Below are positions 41,076 through 51,185 of a DNA stretch of 64,000 nt, piece by piece. The notes beneath the pieces are model-generated. The model was not told where the DNA came from. It made no database searches and worked only from the letters and a program-made list of their open reading frames with translations. Position 1 is the stretch's first letter. Every line of letters starts with the position of its first letter. The position numbers and the translations under genes are program-made. Source of the stretch: Phycisphaerae bacterium (lineage in GTDB: Bacteria > Planctomycetota > Phycisphaerae > UBA1845 > Fen-1342); the NCBI GenBank assembly GCA_050115495.1, contig JASFQK010000014.1:81587-145586 (forward strand), given 5' to 3'.

Positions 41076-42730
41076 GGCTTCGCTCGCAGTTCGTTCGGCT
41101 CGTTGCGGTCGCGCCAGGGATGAAGGAACGGGGCGTCGGACCAGTCCCACAGACGCTCCGGGGCGAGGTCGATATCCACCGGTGACTTCATCCAGCGCTG
41201 CGCTGCCGGACTATATACGCCGAATCCTTGAAGGCCAACCGACCAGGCGGCCAGCACGATGAGCAGCACGCGTGCGGGGCGGACTCGCCACAGTGCGGCT
41301 ACGACGCCGGACATGAGGACGATTACCGCCGGCATAAGTTCGGTCAGGAAGCGCGGGCCCCAGGCGTGCCCGCCCCACCAGTGGCGGTAGCAAGAGACGA
41401 CGATGAGATGTACGAGCAGCCAGGCGAGCAGGGCCGCGGACAGCCGGCCGCCGATGCGTTTGTGCCATGCGGGCACGCATGCCCCGATAACCAGCAGGCT
41501 CAGCGGCACGTAGACGAGCAGGCCACGGGCGGGGCTGATGAGGTTGCCGGGCAGCGAGACGGCGAGGTCGGCACCCCACCGGCCCGGCTCGCCGGCGAAG
41601 GCGTAGGGACCGAGCACGCTGCCGTAGATGCTGAGGTGCAGGGTCAGGAATGGGGCGTAGGCCAGGGCGGCGCCGGCAACGAGCGTCGCCAGACGACACC
41701 AGTTGCGGCCAGTTGTCGCCAGGATGTACGCCGCGGCGAAGAGGGCTGCTGTTGGTCGGCAGGCGACGGCGAGGCCGAGGAAGACACCCTGAAGCAGCGC
41801 CGCGAGCAGGAACTCACGCTCGTGGCGGCTGTCCGCTGACGAAGCGCACTGCTCAAGAGCAGTGGCACACTGGGGCCGTGTTGCGCCGTCGGCGCGCGGT
41901 CGGGCATAGTGGAGCCATAGTACCGCCGCCACGCATAGGGCGACGGGGCCGTGCTGCCACAACGCCTGACTCGCGATGCTCCAGGTTGGGGTGGCCAGGG
42001 CGAAGACGATCATGAGAAATGCGGTGGGGCCGAGGTCGGTGATGCGCAGCAACACGAGGAACATCACCGCCACCGTCGCGGCCGCCAGGACGGAGGCGAT
42101 GACCTTCTCCATCCGCTGCCGCATGGTCGGGTCGCTGAGGTCGCCGCCGATGACCTGGTTCAGCGCGACCCAGGGCACGGCCAGCACCGCCGGCCCGAGG
42201 CTGAATCGTGAGTAGTGGTGCCCGTCCAAGTCGCAGACGTAGTACGGCGGGTGGTTCACGTCGATGAACTCGTCCAGGGCGAGGTCGCCGTCGTGGACGA
42301 TGCTCAGTGCAGTCTGCACCATCGGGGCTGTGTCGCCGGAGCCAAGCGTACGGCCGTTGCTCTGGTAGATCACGAGCACCGGTACGAACACCCACCAGAA
42401 GGCCGCTCGCCACGCCGGCGCCCGCTGCCCTGCGGCGTACGCCCGCACGTCGGCCGTCTGCCGGCGGATCGCCGCCATGCACCGGTCGCGGAACCGCGGG
42501 CTCAGCAGCCAACGCAGCCACGCACCAGCCAGCAGTACGGCCAGGCCGGCGGCTGGATGTCGCCAGTCGGCGATCGCCTGCGTGCCCCAATGCAACGTGA
42601 ACCCCACGGCCAGCATGACGTGCAGGCCAAGGAGGCTCAGCGCGACCTGCACGATCAGTCCGGCGACGTCGCGAACGGCCCACGGCGTCGGCGGGTGCAC
42701 GGCCTCGGGCTGGTCGTCTGGGGTGGTCAT
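41072..42730 (-). CDS. Polytopic membrane protein, GT-C/PMT-like glycosyltransferase candidate
   Basis: Many TM segments; SGDT, SQALWQHG, RP, L.SP.RGLL.Y.P, WWGG..WGPRF. Confidence 0.7.
   Translation of the reverse strand: MTTPDDQPEAVHPPTPWAVRDVAGLIVQVALSLLGLHVMLAVGFTLHWGTQAIADWRHPAAGLAVLLAGAWLRWLLSPRFRDRCMAAIRRQTADVRAYAAGQRAPAWRAAFWWVFVPVLVIYQSNGRTLGSGDTAPMVQTALSIVHDGDLALDEFIDVNHPPYYVCDLDGHHYSRFSLGPAVLAVPWVALNQVIGGDLSDPTMRQRMEKVIASVLAAATVAVMFLVLLRITDLGPTAFLMIVFALATPTWSIASQALWQHGPVALCVAAVLWLHYARPRADGATRPQCATALEQCASSADSRHEREFLLAALLQGVFLGLAVACRPTAALFAAAYILATTGRNWCRLATLVAGAALAYAPFLTLHLSIYGSVLGPYAFAGEPGRWGADLAVSLPGNLISPARGLLVYVPLSLLVIGACVPAWHKRIGGRLSAALLAWLLVHLIVVSCYRHWWGGHAWGPRFLTELMPAVIVLMSGVVAALWRVRPARVLLIVLAAWSVGLQGFGVYSPAAQRWMKSPVDIDLAPERLWDWSDAPFLHPWRDRNEPNELRAKP
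41846..41870. repeat. REP-like palindrome inside a coding sequence
   Basis: GCACTGCTCAAGAGCAGTGGCACAC, identical to intergenic copies at 3413-3437 and 16200-16224. Confidence 0.85.
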
Positions 42731-42774
42731 GGTGTGCGTAACGTATGCGAAGTGGGGAAGACGAGGCAACGAGG

Positions 42775-43165
42775 GCGGGAAAGGCAACCAGGCAACCCCT
42801 TCGACTCCGCTCAGAGTGCCGAGGCAACGAGGCAACAAGGCGTTGCGGACCTGGGTTGGTTGGCGAGGCGGGGGGTTCTCGACGATCGATGTCTGCGTGG
42901 CATGCCCAAGCGATAAGGCGCGGGCATGTCCCTCCCGATACACGGAAAAGACATGCCGGCGCCTGAGGCTTCAGCATGCCACACCAGCGACCTGGGCAGG
43001 CCACACGCTGTTGCGAGGTCGAACGTCTGCCAACGATCACCGTCGGCCACGGGGGGCCGACGCTACCAAGATCGCGGGAACGAACGTGCGACGGCGATCG
43101 ACGTCCGGTACGGAGCCCGGACCCTACGAGGACGTTCGGTGTCCCGGCGCGCCGGGAGGCGCTAC
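42775..43165. repeat. Mosaic REP cluster (inverted homologue of 46770-47095)
   Basis: Units at 42951-42982, 43041-43066 and 43100-43127; about 200 nt collinear with the reverse complement of 46880-47090. Confidence 0.85.
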
Positions 43166-43168
43166 CGG

Positions 43169-43651
43169 TTAGCCCATGCGGCTGACGGCGCTTTCCACGA
43201 GCAGCATGTTCTGGCCAGCCATGCGGGCAACGTCGAGGAGGTACGACATGCTCGCCTCTTCCTCCACCTGCTCTTCGACATACCAGTTCAGGAAGTTGCG
43301 CGTGGCGTAGTCCTTGTCCTGCTCGGCCTGGGCGACGAGGGCATTGATCTGGCCGGTGACCTTCTTCTCGTGTCCGAGCGCCGCCTCGACCGCCGCCACC
43401 ACGGACGGCCACTCGGTCGTCGGCGCGGGCAGGGCCTGGAGCGTCACCTTGCCGCCGGTCTCGAGCACGTAGTCGAGGATCTTCATGGCGTGCTGGCGTT
43501 CCTCGTCGACCTGCTTGCGGAAACGGGCGGAGAGCATCTTCAGGCTCATCGAGTCGAACTGGCAGGCCATCGCCAGGTAGAGCTGGGCGGCGAAGAACTC
43601 GTTGGTGATCTGCTCGTTGAGCTTGGCTTTCATCGCGTCGGACATCGTCAT
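43169..43651 (-). CDS. ftnA: Non-haem ferritin
   Basis: LNEQI..E....LYLAM, EERQHAMK, HEKKVT..I, FL.WYVEEQVEEE. Confidence 0.92.
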   Translation of the reverse strand: MTMSDAMKAKLNEQITNEFFAAQLYLAMACQFDSMSLKMLSARFRKQVDEERQHAMKILDYVLETGGKVTLQALPAPTTEWPSVVAAVEAALGHEKKVTGQINALVAQAEQDKDYATRNFLNWYVEEQVEEEASMSYLLDVARMAGQNMLLVESAVSRMG

Positions 43652-43834
43652 GGTCGGTCACCTCTCGTGGTTGAGGACTCTCGTCAGGCCACCCCGGCCC
43701 GGGGGGACAGGTCCAACTGCACGTGTTCGGAACGAGAACTGCAGAACTCCGGCCCGATGCGTCGGCCCCGCGCCGAGCCAGTTCCGGATTCTAGGCGCCT
43801 GGTTTCCGCCCGGCCACGCTGCCCCCGACGCCGG

Positions 43835-44671
43835 CTAGAACGAGAAGAGAAACTTTGCCACCCACCCCTGGGCACTGGCCATTCGTGACGTGTCGCGTTC
43901 GAGTCGCGCGGCCGCCGCCCGGTGTGGCCCGGCCCGCTCGGCGACGCCGCGGAGATCCACCGCCGCACAACGCCGGCCAACGCCGTCGAGCAGTTCCGCC
44001 GACCACACCGTGCTTTCCTTCACCGCGACGCCCGCCGGCCACTGCCCACAAAGCTGGAGCAGCGGCACGAGCCCCAGCGTCAGGGCTGCGCTCGCGGCGT
44101 GTTGCTGGTCCTTGTCGCCGGCCCGGGCCCAGTGCAGCAGGGTCTCCACCCCGCGAGGATCGCCGATCTGAAGCCAGCCGCGAGCCAGGCCGATCTGGTC
44201 CCACGGGTCCTCCGCCGCCGGCTGGGCGGCAGCCAACTCGGCGAAGCGGGTCGGGTCGATCCGCGCCGCCGCGAGCCAGGCGGCTTGGCGAACGGCTCCG
44301 ATGTCGTCCGAGCACGCCAGCCTCGCCACGAGCGGGAAGTCGCCCGTCCGCCCGGCGCTGCCCAGCGTCTGCACGAAGCTCTCCCGGGCGCGGGCGTCGG
44401 CCTCGCGACCGGCGGTGAGCTGCTCGGCGATGTACTCGATGGCCCGTGGGAACTGCCCCTCGGCGGTCTTCCACGCCCCCAGCGACCGCTCACCCGGCCT
44501 TCTGTCCCGCAATTGCGACAGCACCGCTGCTTCTTCGCGGCCGGCCAGCACGACCCAGGTGGCAATCGCCACCGCCGGCACGGCGACGGCCAGCAGCACC
44601 AGCCCCCCCCACCGCCGCGACGACCTGCGGCCGGCTTCCGCTTTGTTCTCGGGCGTTAACGCCACGTACAC
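43835..44671 (-). CDS. Membrane-anchored HEAT-repeat-like protein
   Basis: One N-terminal TM segment, then Ala/Leu/Arg-rich helical repeats. Confidence 0.6.
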   Translation of the reverse strand: MYVALTPENKAEAGRRSSRRWGGLVLLAVAVPAVAIATWVVLAGREEAAVLSQLRDRRPGERSLGAWKTAEGQFPRAIEYIAEQLTAGREADARARESFVQTLGSAGRTGDFPLVARLACSDDIGAVRQAAWLAAARIDPTRFAELAAAQPAAEDPWDQIGLARGWLQIGDPRGVETLLHWARAGDKDQQHAASAALTLGLVPLLQLCGQWPAGVAVKESTVWSAELLDGVGRRCAAVDLRGVAERAGPHRAAAARLERDTSRMASAQGWVAKFLFSF

Positions 44672-44785
44672 ATCTCCCGCCGGCGGCTGTGCCGGCCCGC
44701 GTATCCTAGGCCCCCGGATTGCCCGCGACTACCGGCACCGTTACACTACCGTGTTGATTTCACTGGCCCGAAGCGGATCGATCCC

Positions 44786-45256
44786 ATGGCCAAGACGCTG
44801 TCCGCGAAGCTGGATGCCGCCCCGCACCGTTTCGCCCTCATCGTGTCCCGTTTCAACGAGTTCATCACATCGCGTCTGCTGAGCGGCGCGATCGACGCTC
44901 TCGTTCGGCACGGAGCGAGCGAGGACAACCTCACGCAGGTCTGGGTGCCGGGAGCATGGGAGGTCCCGCTGGCCGCCCGCCGGCTGGCCGAAGGCGGCCA
45001 ATACGCCGGCATCATCTGCCTCGGCTGCGTCATCCGCGGCCAGACGCCGCATTTTGAGTACGTGGCAACCGAGGTCTCGAAGGGTATCGCCCACGTCTCG
45101 CTGGAAACGGGCGTGCCCATTTCCTTCGGCGTCATCACCGCCGACTCGCTCGAACAAGCCGTCGACCGGGCCGGTACCAAGGCGGGCAACAAGGGCGCCG
45201 ACGCCGCGTTGGCGGCGATCGAAATGGCCAACCTGCTGCCTCTGCTCTCGTCTTAG
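44786..45256 (+). CDS. ribH: 6,7-dimethyl-8-ribityllumazine synthase
   Basis: [34 protein letters not shown]. Confidence 0.96.
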   Translation: MAKTLSAKLDAAPHRFALIVSRFNEFITSRLLSGAIDALVRHGASEDNLTQVWVPGAWEVPLAARRLAEGGQYAGIICLGCVIRGQTPHFEYVATEVSKGIAHVSLETGVPISFGVITADSLEQAVDRAGTKAGNKGADAALAAIEMANLLPLLSS

Positions 45257-45278
45257 GAGGCTCTCCGAGTAGTCCGCC

Positions 45279-45803
45279 GTGCGTCCTGCCCCCTCCATGC
45301 CCCGTGGACGTTCCCAGGCTCGCGTGCTGGCCTTGCAGGCCTTGTGCGTGCATGAAGCCGTCGGCGAGCATTTCGCCGAAGAGCTGAGCACGTTCCTGCA
45401 CGACCACAAGACGCATCTCGACCTCGGCCTGCCCCGGGCGCCGCGGCCGGAGGTGCTCTCGTTCGCTCGGCGGCTGGTAGAGGGTACGTGGCGGAACCGC
45501 GCCCGGTACGACCAGATCCTGACCGAGACGGCCTCTGACTGGTCGATTGCCCGCATGCCGCCGGTGGATCGCAACATCCTCCGTCTCGGGCTGCACGAAT
45601 TGCTCGAAGAGCCCGACACGCCGCCCGAGGTCGTCATCAACGAAGCCATCGAGCTCGCCCGCCTCTTCGCCGCCGAGGACTCCCCCGGCTTCGTCAACGG
45701 CGTGCTCGATGCGGCTCGCCGGCGGTTCGGCGTGCCCGCCAGCGCGGACGCGACGCCGCCACCGACCGCCAAAACAGAAGAAACCGGCGCGTCCTCGGTC
45801 TGA
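45279..45803 (+). CDS. nusB: Transcription antitermination factor NusB
   Basis: AR..ALQAL, W...RM..VDRNILR, VVINEAIELA..F, FVNGVLD; start may be ATG45297. Confidence 0.93.
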   Translation: MRPAPSMPRGRSQARVLALQALCVHEAVGEHFAEELSTFLHDHKTHLDLGLPRAPRPEVLSFARRLVEGTWRNRARYDQILTETASDWSIARMPPVDRNILRLGLHELLEEPDTPPEVVINEAIELARLFAAEDSPGFVNGVLDAARRRFGVPASADATPPPTAKTEETGASSV

Positions 45804-45838
45804 CCGACCCGCGCCGCCAGCCCCGCACGAGGGACATC

Positions 45839-46756
45839 ATGGGATTGTTCGATCTCTTCAAGAAGGGCCTGAAGAAGACGCGCGAGAAAATCGTCTCCGG
45901 TCTGCGCTCGATCCTGTCCGTCGGCCGCAAGATCGACGACGCCCTGCTCGACGAGCTCGCCGATGCGATGCTGACGGGCGATATGGGCCCGCGGGCGGTG
46001 ATGAGCCTTCAGGAAGAGATCCGCAACGCCTGGAAAGGCGGGCAGATCAAGGAAGCGCAGGAGATCCTTCCGTTCCTCAAGCAGCGCATCGTCGATACGT
46101 GGAAAGAAGGCGATCGCGCCGTGCGGTTCGCACCCGCGCCCCCTACCGTCATCTTCGTCGTCGGCGTGAACGGCTCGGGCAAGACGACCAGCGTCGCCAA
46201 GCTCGCCCACCATCTTCGGCAGCAGGGTCATACCGTCCTCCTGGCGGCGTGCGATACGTTCCGGGCGGCGGCGATCGAGCAACTGGGCATCTGGGCCGAA
46301 CGCGTCGGCGTCGGGCTCGTCAAGCATCAACCCAACAGCGATCCGGCGGCGGTGGCGTTCGACGCGTGTGAGGCCGCGATCGCCCGCAAGATCGACGTTC
46401 TGCTCATCGACACCGCCGGCCGCCTGCACACGCAGGAACACCTGATGCGTGAGTTGGGCAAGATCCGCCGGGTGGTGCAGAAGCGCATCCCCGAGGCGCC
46501 GCACGAGGTGATCCTGGTGCTCGACGCCACGATCGGCCAGAACGCCATCAACCAGGCGAAGGTCTTCTCCGAAGCGGTCGAGGTGACCGGCCTGTTTCTC
46601 GCCAAGCTCGACGGCTCAGCCAAGGGCGGCATCGTCGTCGGCATCCGCGACCAGTTGGACATCCCCGTCAAGTTCGTCGGCCTCGGCGAGACGATCGAGG
46701 CCATCGAGCCGTTCGACCCGAAGACGTTCGTCGAGGCGCTCTTCGCGGATCTGTAG
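45839..46756 (+). CDS. ftsY: SRP receptor FtsY
   Basis: GVNGSGKTT, DTFRAAA, DTAGRL, KLDGSAKGG. Confidence 0.96.
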   Translation: MGLFDLFKKGLKKTREKIVSGLRSILSVGRKIDDALLDELADAMLTGDMGPRAVMSLQEEIRNAWKGGQIKEAQEILPFLKQRIVDTWKEGDRAVRFAPAPPTVIFVVGVNGSGKTTSVAKLAHHLRQQGHTVLLAACDTFRAAAIEQLGIWAERVGVGLVKHQPNSDPAAVAFDACEAAIARKIDVLLIDTAGRLHTQEHLMRELGKIRRVVQKRIPEAPHEVILVLDATIGQNAINQAKVFSEAVEVTGLFLAKLDGSAKGGIVVGIRDQLDIPVKFVGLGETIEAIEPFDPKTFVEALFADL

Positions 46757-46769
46757 ACGAAGCGGCCTG

Positions 46770-47095
46770 ACGTAGTGTCCGGGCTCCGTACCGGACGTCT
46801 TCGTAGCGCCGGCCCCCCGCGGCCGACGTCTTCAGCGAGCCTTCAGCCTTCAGCTACAGGCCATGTGCCGCGAGCCACAGTGTGGCATGCTGAAGCCTAA
46901 GGCGCCGGCATGTCTTTCCCGTGCACCCGGATCGACATGCCCGCGCCTGAGAGCTTGGGCATGCCACACCGACATCGATCGTCGAAAAGCTCCCGTCTCG
47001 CCAACCGACCCCCGTCCGCAACGCCTCGTTGCCTCGGCACCCTGAGCGCAGTCGAAGGGGTTGCCTTTCTTCCCTGCCTTGTTGCCTTCTTCCAC
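46770..47095. repeat. Mosaic REP cluster
   Basis: Units at 46772-46803, 46803-46828 and 46882-46913, plus extended inverted homology to 42781-42984. Confidence 0.85.
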
Positions 47096-47097
47096 CC

Positions 47098-47565
47098 TCA
47101 CTCGCCGATCTGTAGCTCGTAAAACACCACCCCCGCGATCGGATTGTCGTAGTACGCCGGCACGACGCGGAAGCCGAGCGATTCGTACAGCGTGCGGGCG
47201 ATCGTCATCGAACCCAGCGTATCCAGCCGCATGCGGGCGTATCCTGCCTGGCGGGCTCGTTCGATGATCGCCTGTGCCAGCCGGCGGCCGAGGCCCGTGC
47301 GGCGTAGCGCCGGGCGGACGTACAGCCGCTTCATCTCGCAGATGTCCGGCCCGCGGCTGCGCAGGGCCACACAGCCGAGCCACGCGCCGGCTTCTTCCGC
47401 GAGCAGCACGGCGCTCGCCGGCGGGGCATACGTTCCTGGCAGATCGGCTAGCTCCGCCGCGAAATCCTGGAAACACAGATCGTGCCCGAGCTGCGCCGCG
47501 TATTCGACGAACAGCTCGCGCGCCGCCGCGTAGTGCTCCGGTGTTTGTACTTCGATGATCCGCAC
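47098..47565 (-). CDS. GNAT family N-acetyltransferase
   Basis: GCVALR, CEMKRLYV, R..GLGR.L, MRLDTL, LYESLGF. Confidence 0.92.
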   Translation of the reverse strand: MRIIEVQTPEHYAAARELFVEYAAQLGHDLCFQDFAAELADLPGTYAPPASAVLLAEEAGAWLGCVALRSRGPDICEMKRLYVRPALRRTGLGRRLAQAIIERARQAGYARMRLDTLGSMTIARTLYESLGFRVVPAYYDNPIAGVVFYELQIGE

Positions 47566-47591
47566 CGCTCGTTAGCCTCCGGCCGCCGGCG

Positions 47592-48332
47592 TCACGGCTT
47601 CCGCGCCACAACCATGACCTCCATCTCTTCGAGATCAATCGGTCGGCGGCCCCAGTTGCCGGCGGTGCCGCCCCAGATGTGCTCGATCTCGAAACCCGCT
47701 CCGCGCAGAAGCAGGGCCAACTCGGAGGGAACGAACCAGCGTTCGCGAAGGTTGTGCGACCGCGGTCCGTTCGGTCCCTCCCACGTCATCGGTTGCAGCA
47801 CCGTCAGGGTGACCGGGTCGAACCGACCGGCGGCGACGTCCTCCGGCGTGTGCGTCCGGATCGCCCGCAGGCCGTTCAGGGCGTTCATGACGAAACGTCC
47901 GCCGGGGACGAGTGACGCGTGAATGTTGCGCAAAATCGTGGCTTCGTGCCCCAGCGCATCGTCCTGATCGCCAAGCAGGCCGAATCCGCCCTCGCACAGG
48001 CACACCGCGGCGTCGAACCTCCCCGCCGGCGGCGAGTATTGCGTGATGTCGGCCTGGATCCAGTCGACCTTGACGCCGCGCTCAGCCGCGGCCTGGCGGG
48101 CCTGGTTGAGCATGCCGCTCGACTGGTCGATGCCGGTGACGGCGAAGCCGTGGGCGGCGAGTTCGACCGAGTGCCGCCCGGTCCCGCAGCCAAAGTCAAC
48201 GACCTTCGCGCCGGCGGGCAGACCGAACAGCTCGATGAGGAACGCCACCTCGCGGACGGTGTCTTTGACGAATACGTTGTTCATGTACTCCGGCGCGTGG
48301 GCGTCGAAGAAGTCCTGCCATGCTTTGGCCAT
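47592..48332 (-). CDS. Class I SAM-dependent methyltransferase
   Basis: VVDFGCGTGRHS, GID.S..ML, L.PGG. Confidence 0.9.
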   Translation of the reverse strand: MAKAWQDFFDAHAPEYMNNVFVKDTVREVAFLIELFGLPAGAKVVDFGCGTGRHSVELAAHGFAVTGIDQSSGMLNQARQAAAERGVKVDWIQADITQYSPPAGRFDAAVCLCEGGFGLLGDQDDALGHEATILRNIHASLVPGGRFVMNALNGLRAIRTHTPEDVAAGRFDPVTLTVLQPMTWEGPNGPRSHNLRERWFVPSELALLLRGAGFEIEHIWGGTAGNWGRRPIDLEEMEVMVVARKP

Positions 48333-48447
48333 GCTCGCGCAGCCTCCATCGCCGGCCCATACGCCGCCGGCGACCTGCAATATACGCGTATGTCGCCGAC
48401 GGGCACAGCGACACGAACGCTCCGTGCAGAAGTCGGCCGCCCAACGC

Positions 48448-49392
48448 AGCCCGCGTAGCGGGCGATGGAATCTAGCCCCGGGTGGAGCGCAGCGGAACCC
48501 GGGGATGCGCCCCCCCAACAAGCCCGCGTAGCGGGCGGCGGAATGCCCCGCCGGCTGGAACGCAACGCAACACCACACTACCATGCCCGAACGAACGACA
48601 TACGCGGGGTGCAATCGTGGCCCATTCTCACACGAGCCTTCTGTATCACATCGTGTTCGCCACAAAGGAACGTCGCCCGTGGATCGAACCCGCCATGGCC
48701 GATCGCCTCCACGCCTACCTCGGCGGCGGCGTCCGGGCGGAGGGCGGGACGGCGATCATCATCAACGGCACGGCGGATCATGTGCACCTGTTGGCCCGCC
48801 TGCGCCAGGACAAGGCGCTGTCCGACATCGTCCGCGGCCTCAAGGCCCTTTCCTCGAAATGGGTTCACGACACCTTCCCGGCGCACCGCCGATTCGCCTG
48901 GCAGGCCGGCTACGGGGCGTTCACCGTCAGCGAATCTCAAACCCAGCGCGTGCGCACGTACATCGAGAAACAGGACGCCCACCACCACCGCACCACGTTC
49001 GACGAGGAATTCGCGGCGCTGCTGAAGGCGCATGGCATCGCCTACGATCCCAAGCATCTGTGGACATGACCGCTTCCGCCGCCCGGTCCAGCCCGCGAAG
49101 CGGGCGACGGAATCCAGCCCCGGGTGAAACCCGGAGAATCGGCCCCCCCCCCCACCCCCAGCCCGCGTAGCGGGCGGCGGAATATGGGCGCGGTGGAACC
49201 AACCGTGCCGCGTTCCGTCGCCCGCTACGCGGGCTGAAAAGGAGGTGGTAACGCTGCTTCCCCCGGGTTCCGTCCGCCGCTGACGGCCCTTTCGCGCAAA
49301 CCCGTTCGTCGCCACGACCGTGACCGCCGCGCAATCCGCGCACTCTCCGCGGCGGACTGCACCCGGGGCTATATTCCGGCGCCCTTCGGGCC
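48448..49392. mobile_element. Y1 transposase gene flanked by repeated palindromic units (IS200/RAYT-like locus)
   Basis: AGCCCGCGWAGCGGGCGRYGGAAT at 48448, 48521, 49090 and 49160; inverted at 49213-49235; degenerate inverted copy at about 49361-49392. Confidence 0.8.
48617..49069 (+). CDS. tnpA: IS200/IS605-family Y1 (HUH) transposase
   Basis: YHIVFATK.R, HUH 'DHVHLL', WQ.GY..F.VS, catalytic Y in YIEKQ. Confidence 0.92.
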   Translation: MAHSHTSLLYHIVFATKERRPWIEPAMADRLHAYLGGGVRAEGGTAIIINGTADHVHLLARLRQDKALSDIVRGLKALSSKWVHDTFPAHRRFAWQAGYGAFTVSESQTQRVRTYIEKQDAHHHRTTFDEEFAALLKAHGIAYDPKHLWT

Positions 49393-49770
49393 CGCACGCC
49401 CGACGCGCGGTACCCAGCGTCTCCCAGCCCCATGGCATTCCCCGCGTCTTTCGCCGATTCGTATCTCCCCCCTCCCGGCGCCAATGTCCGCCAGAATCAG
49501 CCAGAAGGCGCCAAACTCCGCCAGCCACCAACAACCCCCAGAACTCGATTGGCCCCGCCCCCAACGCGCGCCTATGTTTCAGGTGCTCACGCGCGCCCGG
49601 GCCCTCGTGATAGCCCTACGGGCCGCCGGGCGAGGAACGATAACCGTACTTGCGAACAATCAGCCCCTGGCCACCGAACCGCCAAGAGTCTCATTTACGG
49701 CGCGCGCAAACATGAGCACCTTGAGACTCTTGAGCCCCGGCCGAGGTTGGGAGTCAATCTCCAACACTGG

Positions 49771-49840
49771 GTGGGGCAGGCGTCTCGCCTGCCGTCTGGG
49801 CCTTGGAATCAACGAATGTCGGGCGGGACGCCCGACCCAC
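49771..49840. repeat. Inverted REP-like doublet
   Basis: GTGGGGCAGGCGTCTCGCCTGCC ... GTCGGGCGGGACGCCCGACCCAC. Confidence 0.55.
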
Positions 49841-49869
49841 CCGGGATCAATCCCAGAACTCGCCCGCCG

Positions 49870-50916
49870 CTACGGGCCGTGCTGGGCGAGGACGACCGCC
49901 AGCGGCTGGTAGCGGCGGTCTTCGCCGACGAGGGCGTGCCAGAGTTGGGAGGCGGCGTTTCCGCCGGGCAGGCCGAGGTGCTCGAAATGGGGGGTGCTGG
50001 GTTCGCCGGGGGGCGGGAGGCGGAGGCCCCAGAGGCTGGCGAAGACCTCCGGGCGGACGCCGTAACGCATGTCGCCGACGATGTCCTCACCGGCGCTGTC
50101 GTACGCCGTGAACCCGTCGGCGAACCAGCGGAAACGCTCGAACACGGCCCGGGCTTCGTCGCTAAGCGGGCCGCGGGCAGCGAGCGTGTCCGCCGTCACC
50201 AGCGGCGTCGATGCCCCGGGGCGCACCGCCGGCGCCGCGAAGAGCGGCAGGCGAATCGCGTCGGCGTAGATGCGGCCGTCCGCTTCGTAGACCGAGCGCC
50301 AAACGACCAGGTTGAGCGGCGTAGGCAGCGTTCGGCCGTGGACGATCTCCTGGCCGCGCGTCGCCGCCAACTCACGCTGCACGGCAACGGCTCGCCCGTG
50401 CTGCATGGCACCGAGGCCCATGTAGAGCGTGCTGAACCCGAGCGCGGCGACGGCCCAGCGCGGTTGCCGGCGGCGGACCGACCAGATCAGCCCCGCCAGC
50501 AGCAGCGCGGTGTAGACCGGATCGACGATGCCGATCCAGTCGAACGCCACGCGGGCGTTGGTGAACGGCCAGAGCAGCAGTGTCCCGTACGCCGTGCACG
50601 CGTCGAGCAGTCCGTGTGTGGCATAGCCGATGAACGCCGCCAGCAGCACCAGCCAGCGCTTGCCGGCGAAGCGTCGCGACAGCAGAAACGGCAGCGCGCA
50701 CAGCAGCGTCCCAACAGGGATGAACGCCAGTGAATGGGTGAAATGTCGGTGGAAGCTCTGGCCGCCGAGGGGGTCCATTGCCGGCCGGATGAGAATATCG
50801 AGGTCGGCGGCGAGGCCGGCGGCCGTGCCGATGAGCCACGCGCTGCGCGGCAGTGCCCGCCCACAGACGACCTGCGCAGCCACCCCACCCAAGGCACCCT
50901 GCGTCACGGGATCCAA
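49870..50916 (-). CDS. Inner-membrane metal-dependent hydrolase (YdjM/YfhP-like)
   Basis: DPVTQ..LG, ADLD, HRHFTHS, H.LLD..T.YGT.L.WPF. Confidence 0.88.
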   Translation of the reverse strand: MDPVTQGALGGVAAQVVCGRALPRSAWLIGTAAGLAADLDILIRPAMDPLGGQSFHRHFTHSLAFIPVGTLLCALPFLLSRRFAGKRWLVLLAAFIGYATHGLLDACTAYGTLLLWPFTNARVAFDWIGIVDPVYTALLLAGLIWSVRRRQPRWAVAALGFSTLYMGLGAMQHGRAVAVQRELAATRGQEIVHGRTLPTPLNLVVWRSVYEADGRIYADAIRLPLFAAPAVRPGASTPLVTADTLAARGPLSDEARAVFERFRWFADGFTAYDSAGEDIVGDMRYGVRPEVFASLWGLRLPPPGEPSTPHFEHLGLPGGNAASQLWHALVGEDRRYQPLAVVLAQHGP

Positions 50917-51185
50917 ACAGCCAATCCTTCCCGACGCGCGGCGCGAGCCGTCCACTCGGGCGTCACTACCGCGTTGATGTCGATCTCAAAGCACTCCGTC
51001 CCCTGCCAGTCGCCGGCATGCGCAGGCGCCGCCACCGCAACGTCATCAGGGGTCCCGCGCCGCCCGGCTTCGGCCCCCTACCGCGGCCGCGAAGGTTTTC
51101 CGGATAGTAGATCGACTCATCGCCCGAATCAAATTGACAGCGGCGGCGGTTTCCCCGAGGCGTTTCCGGCGGTACGCTGCTGGCC

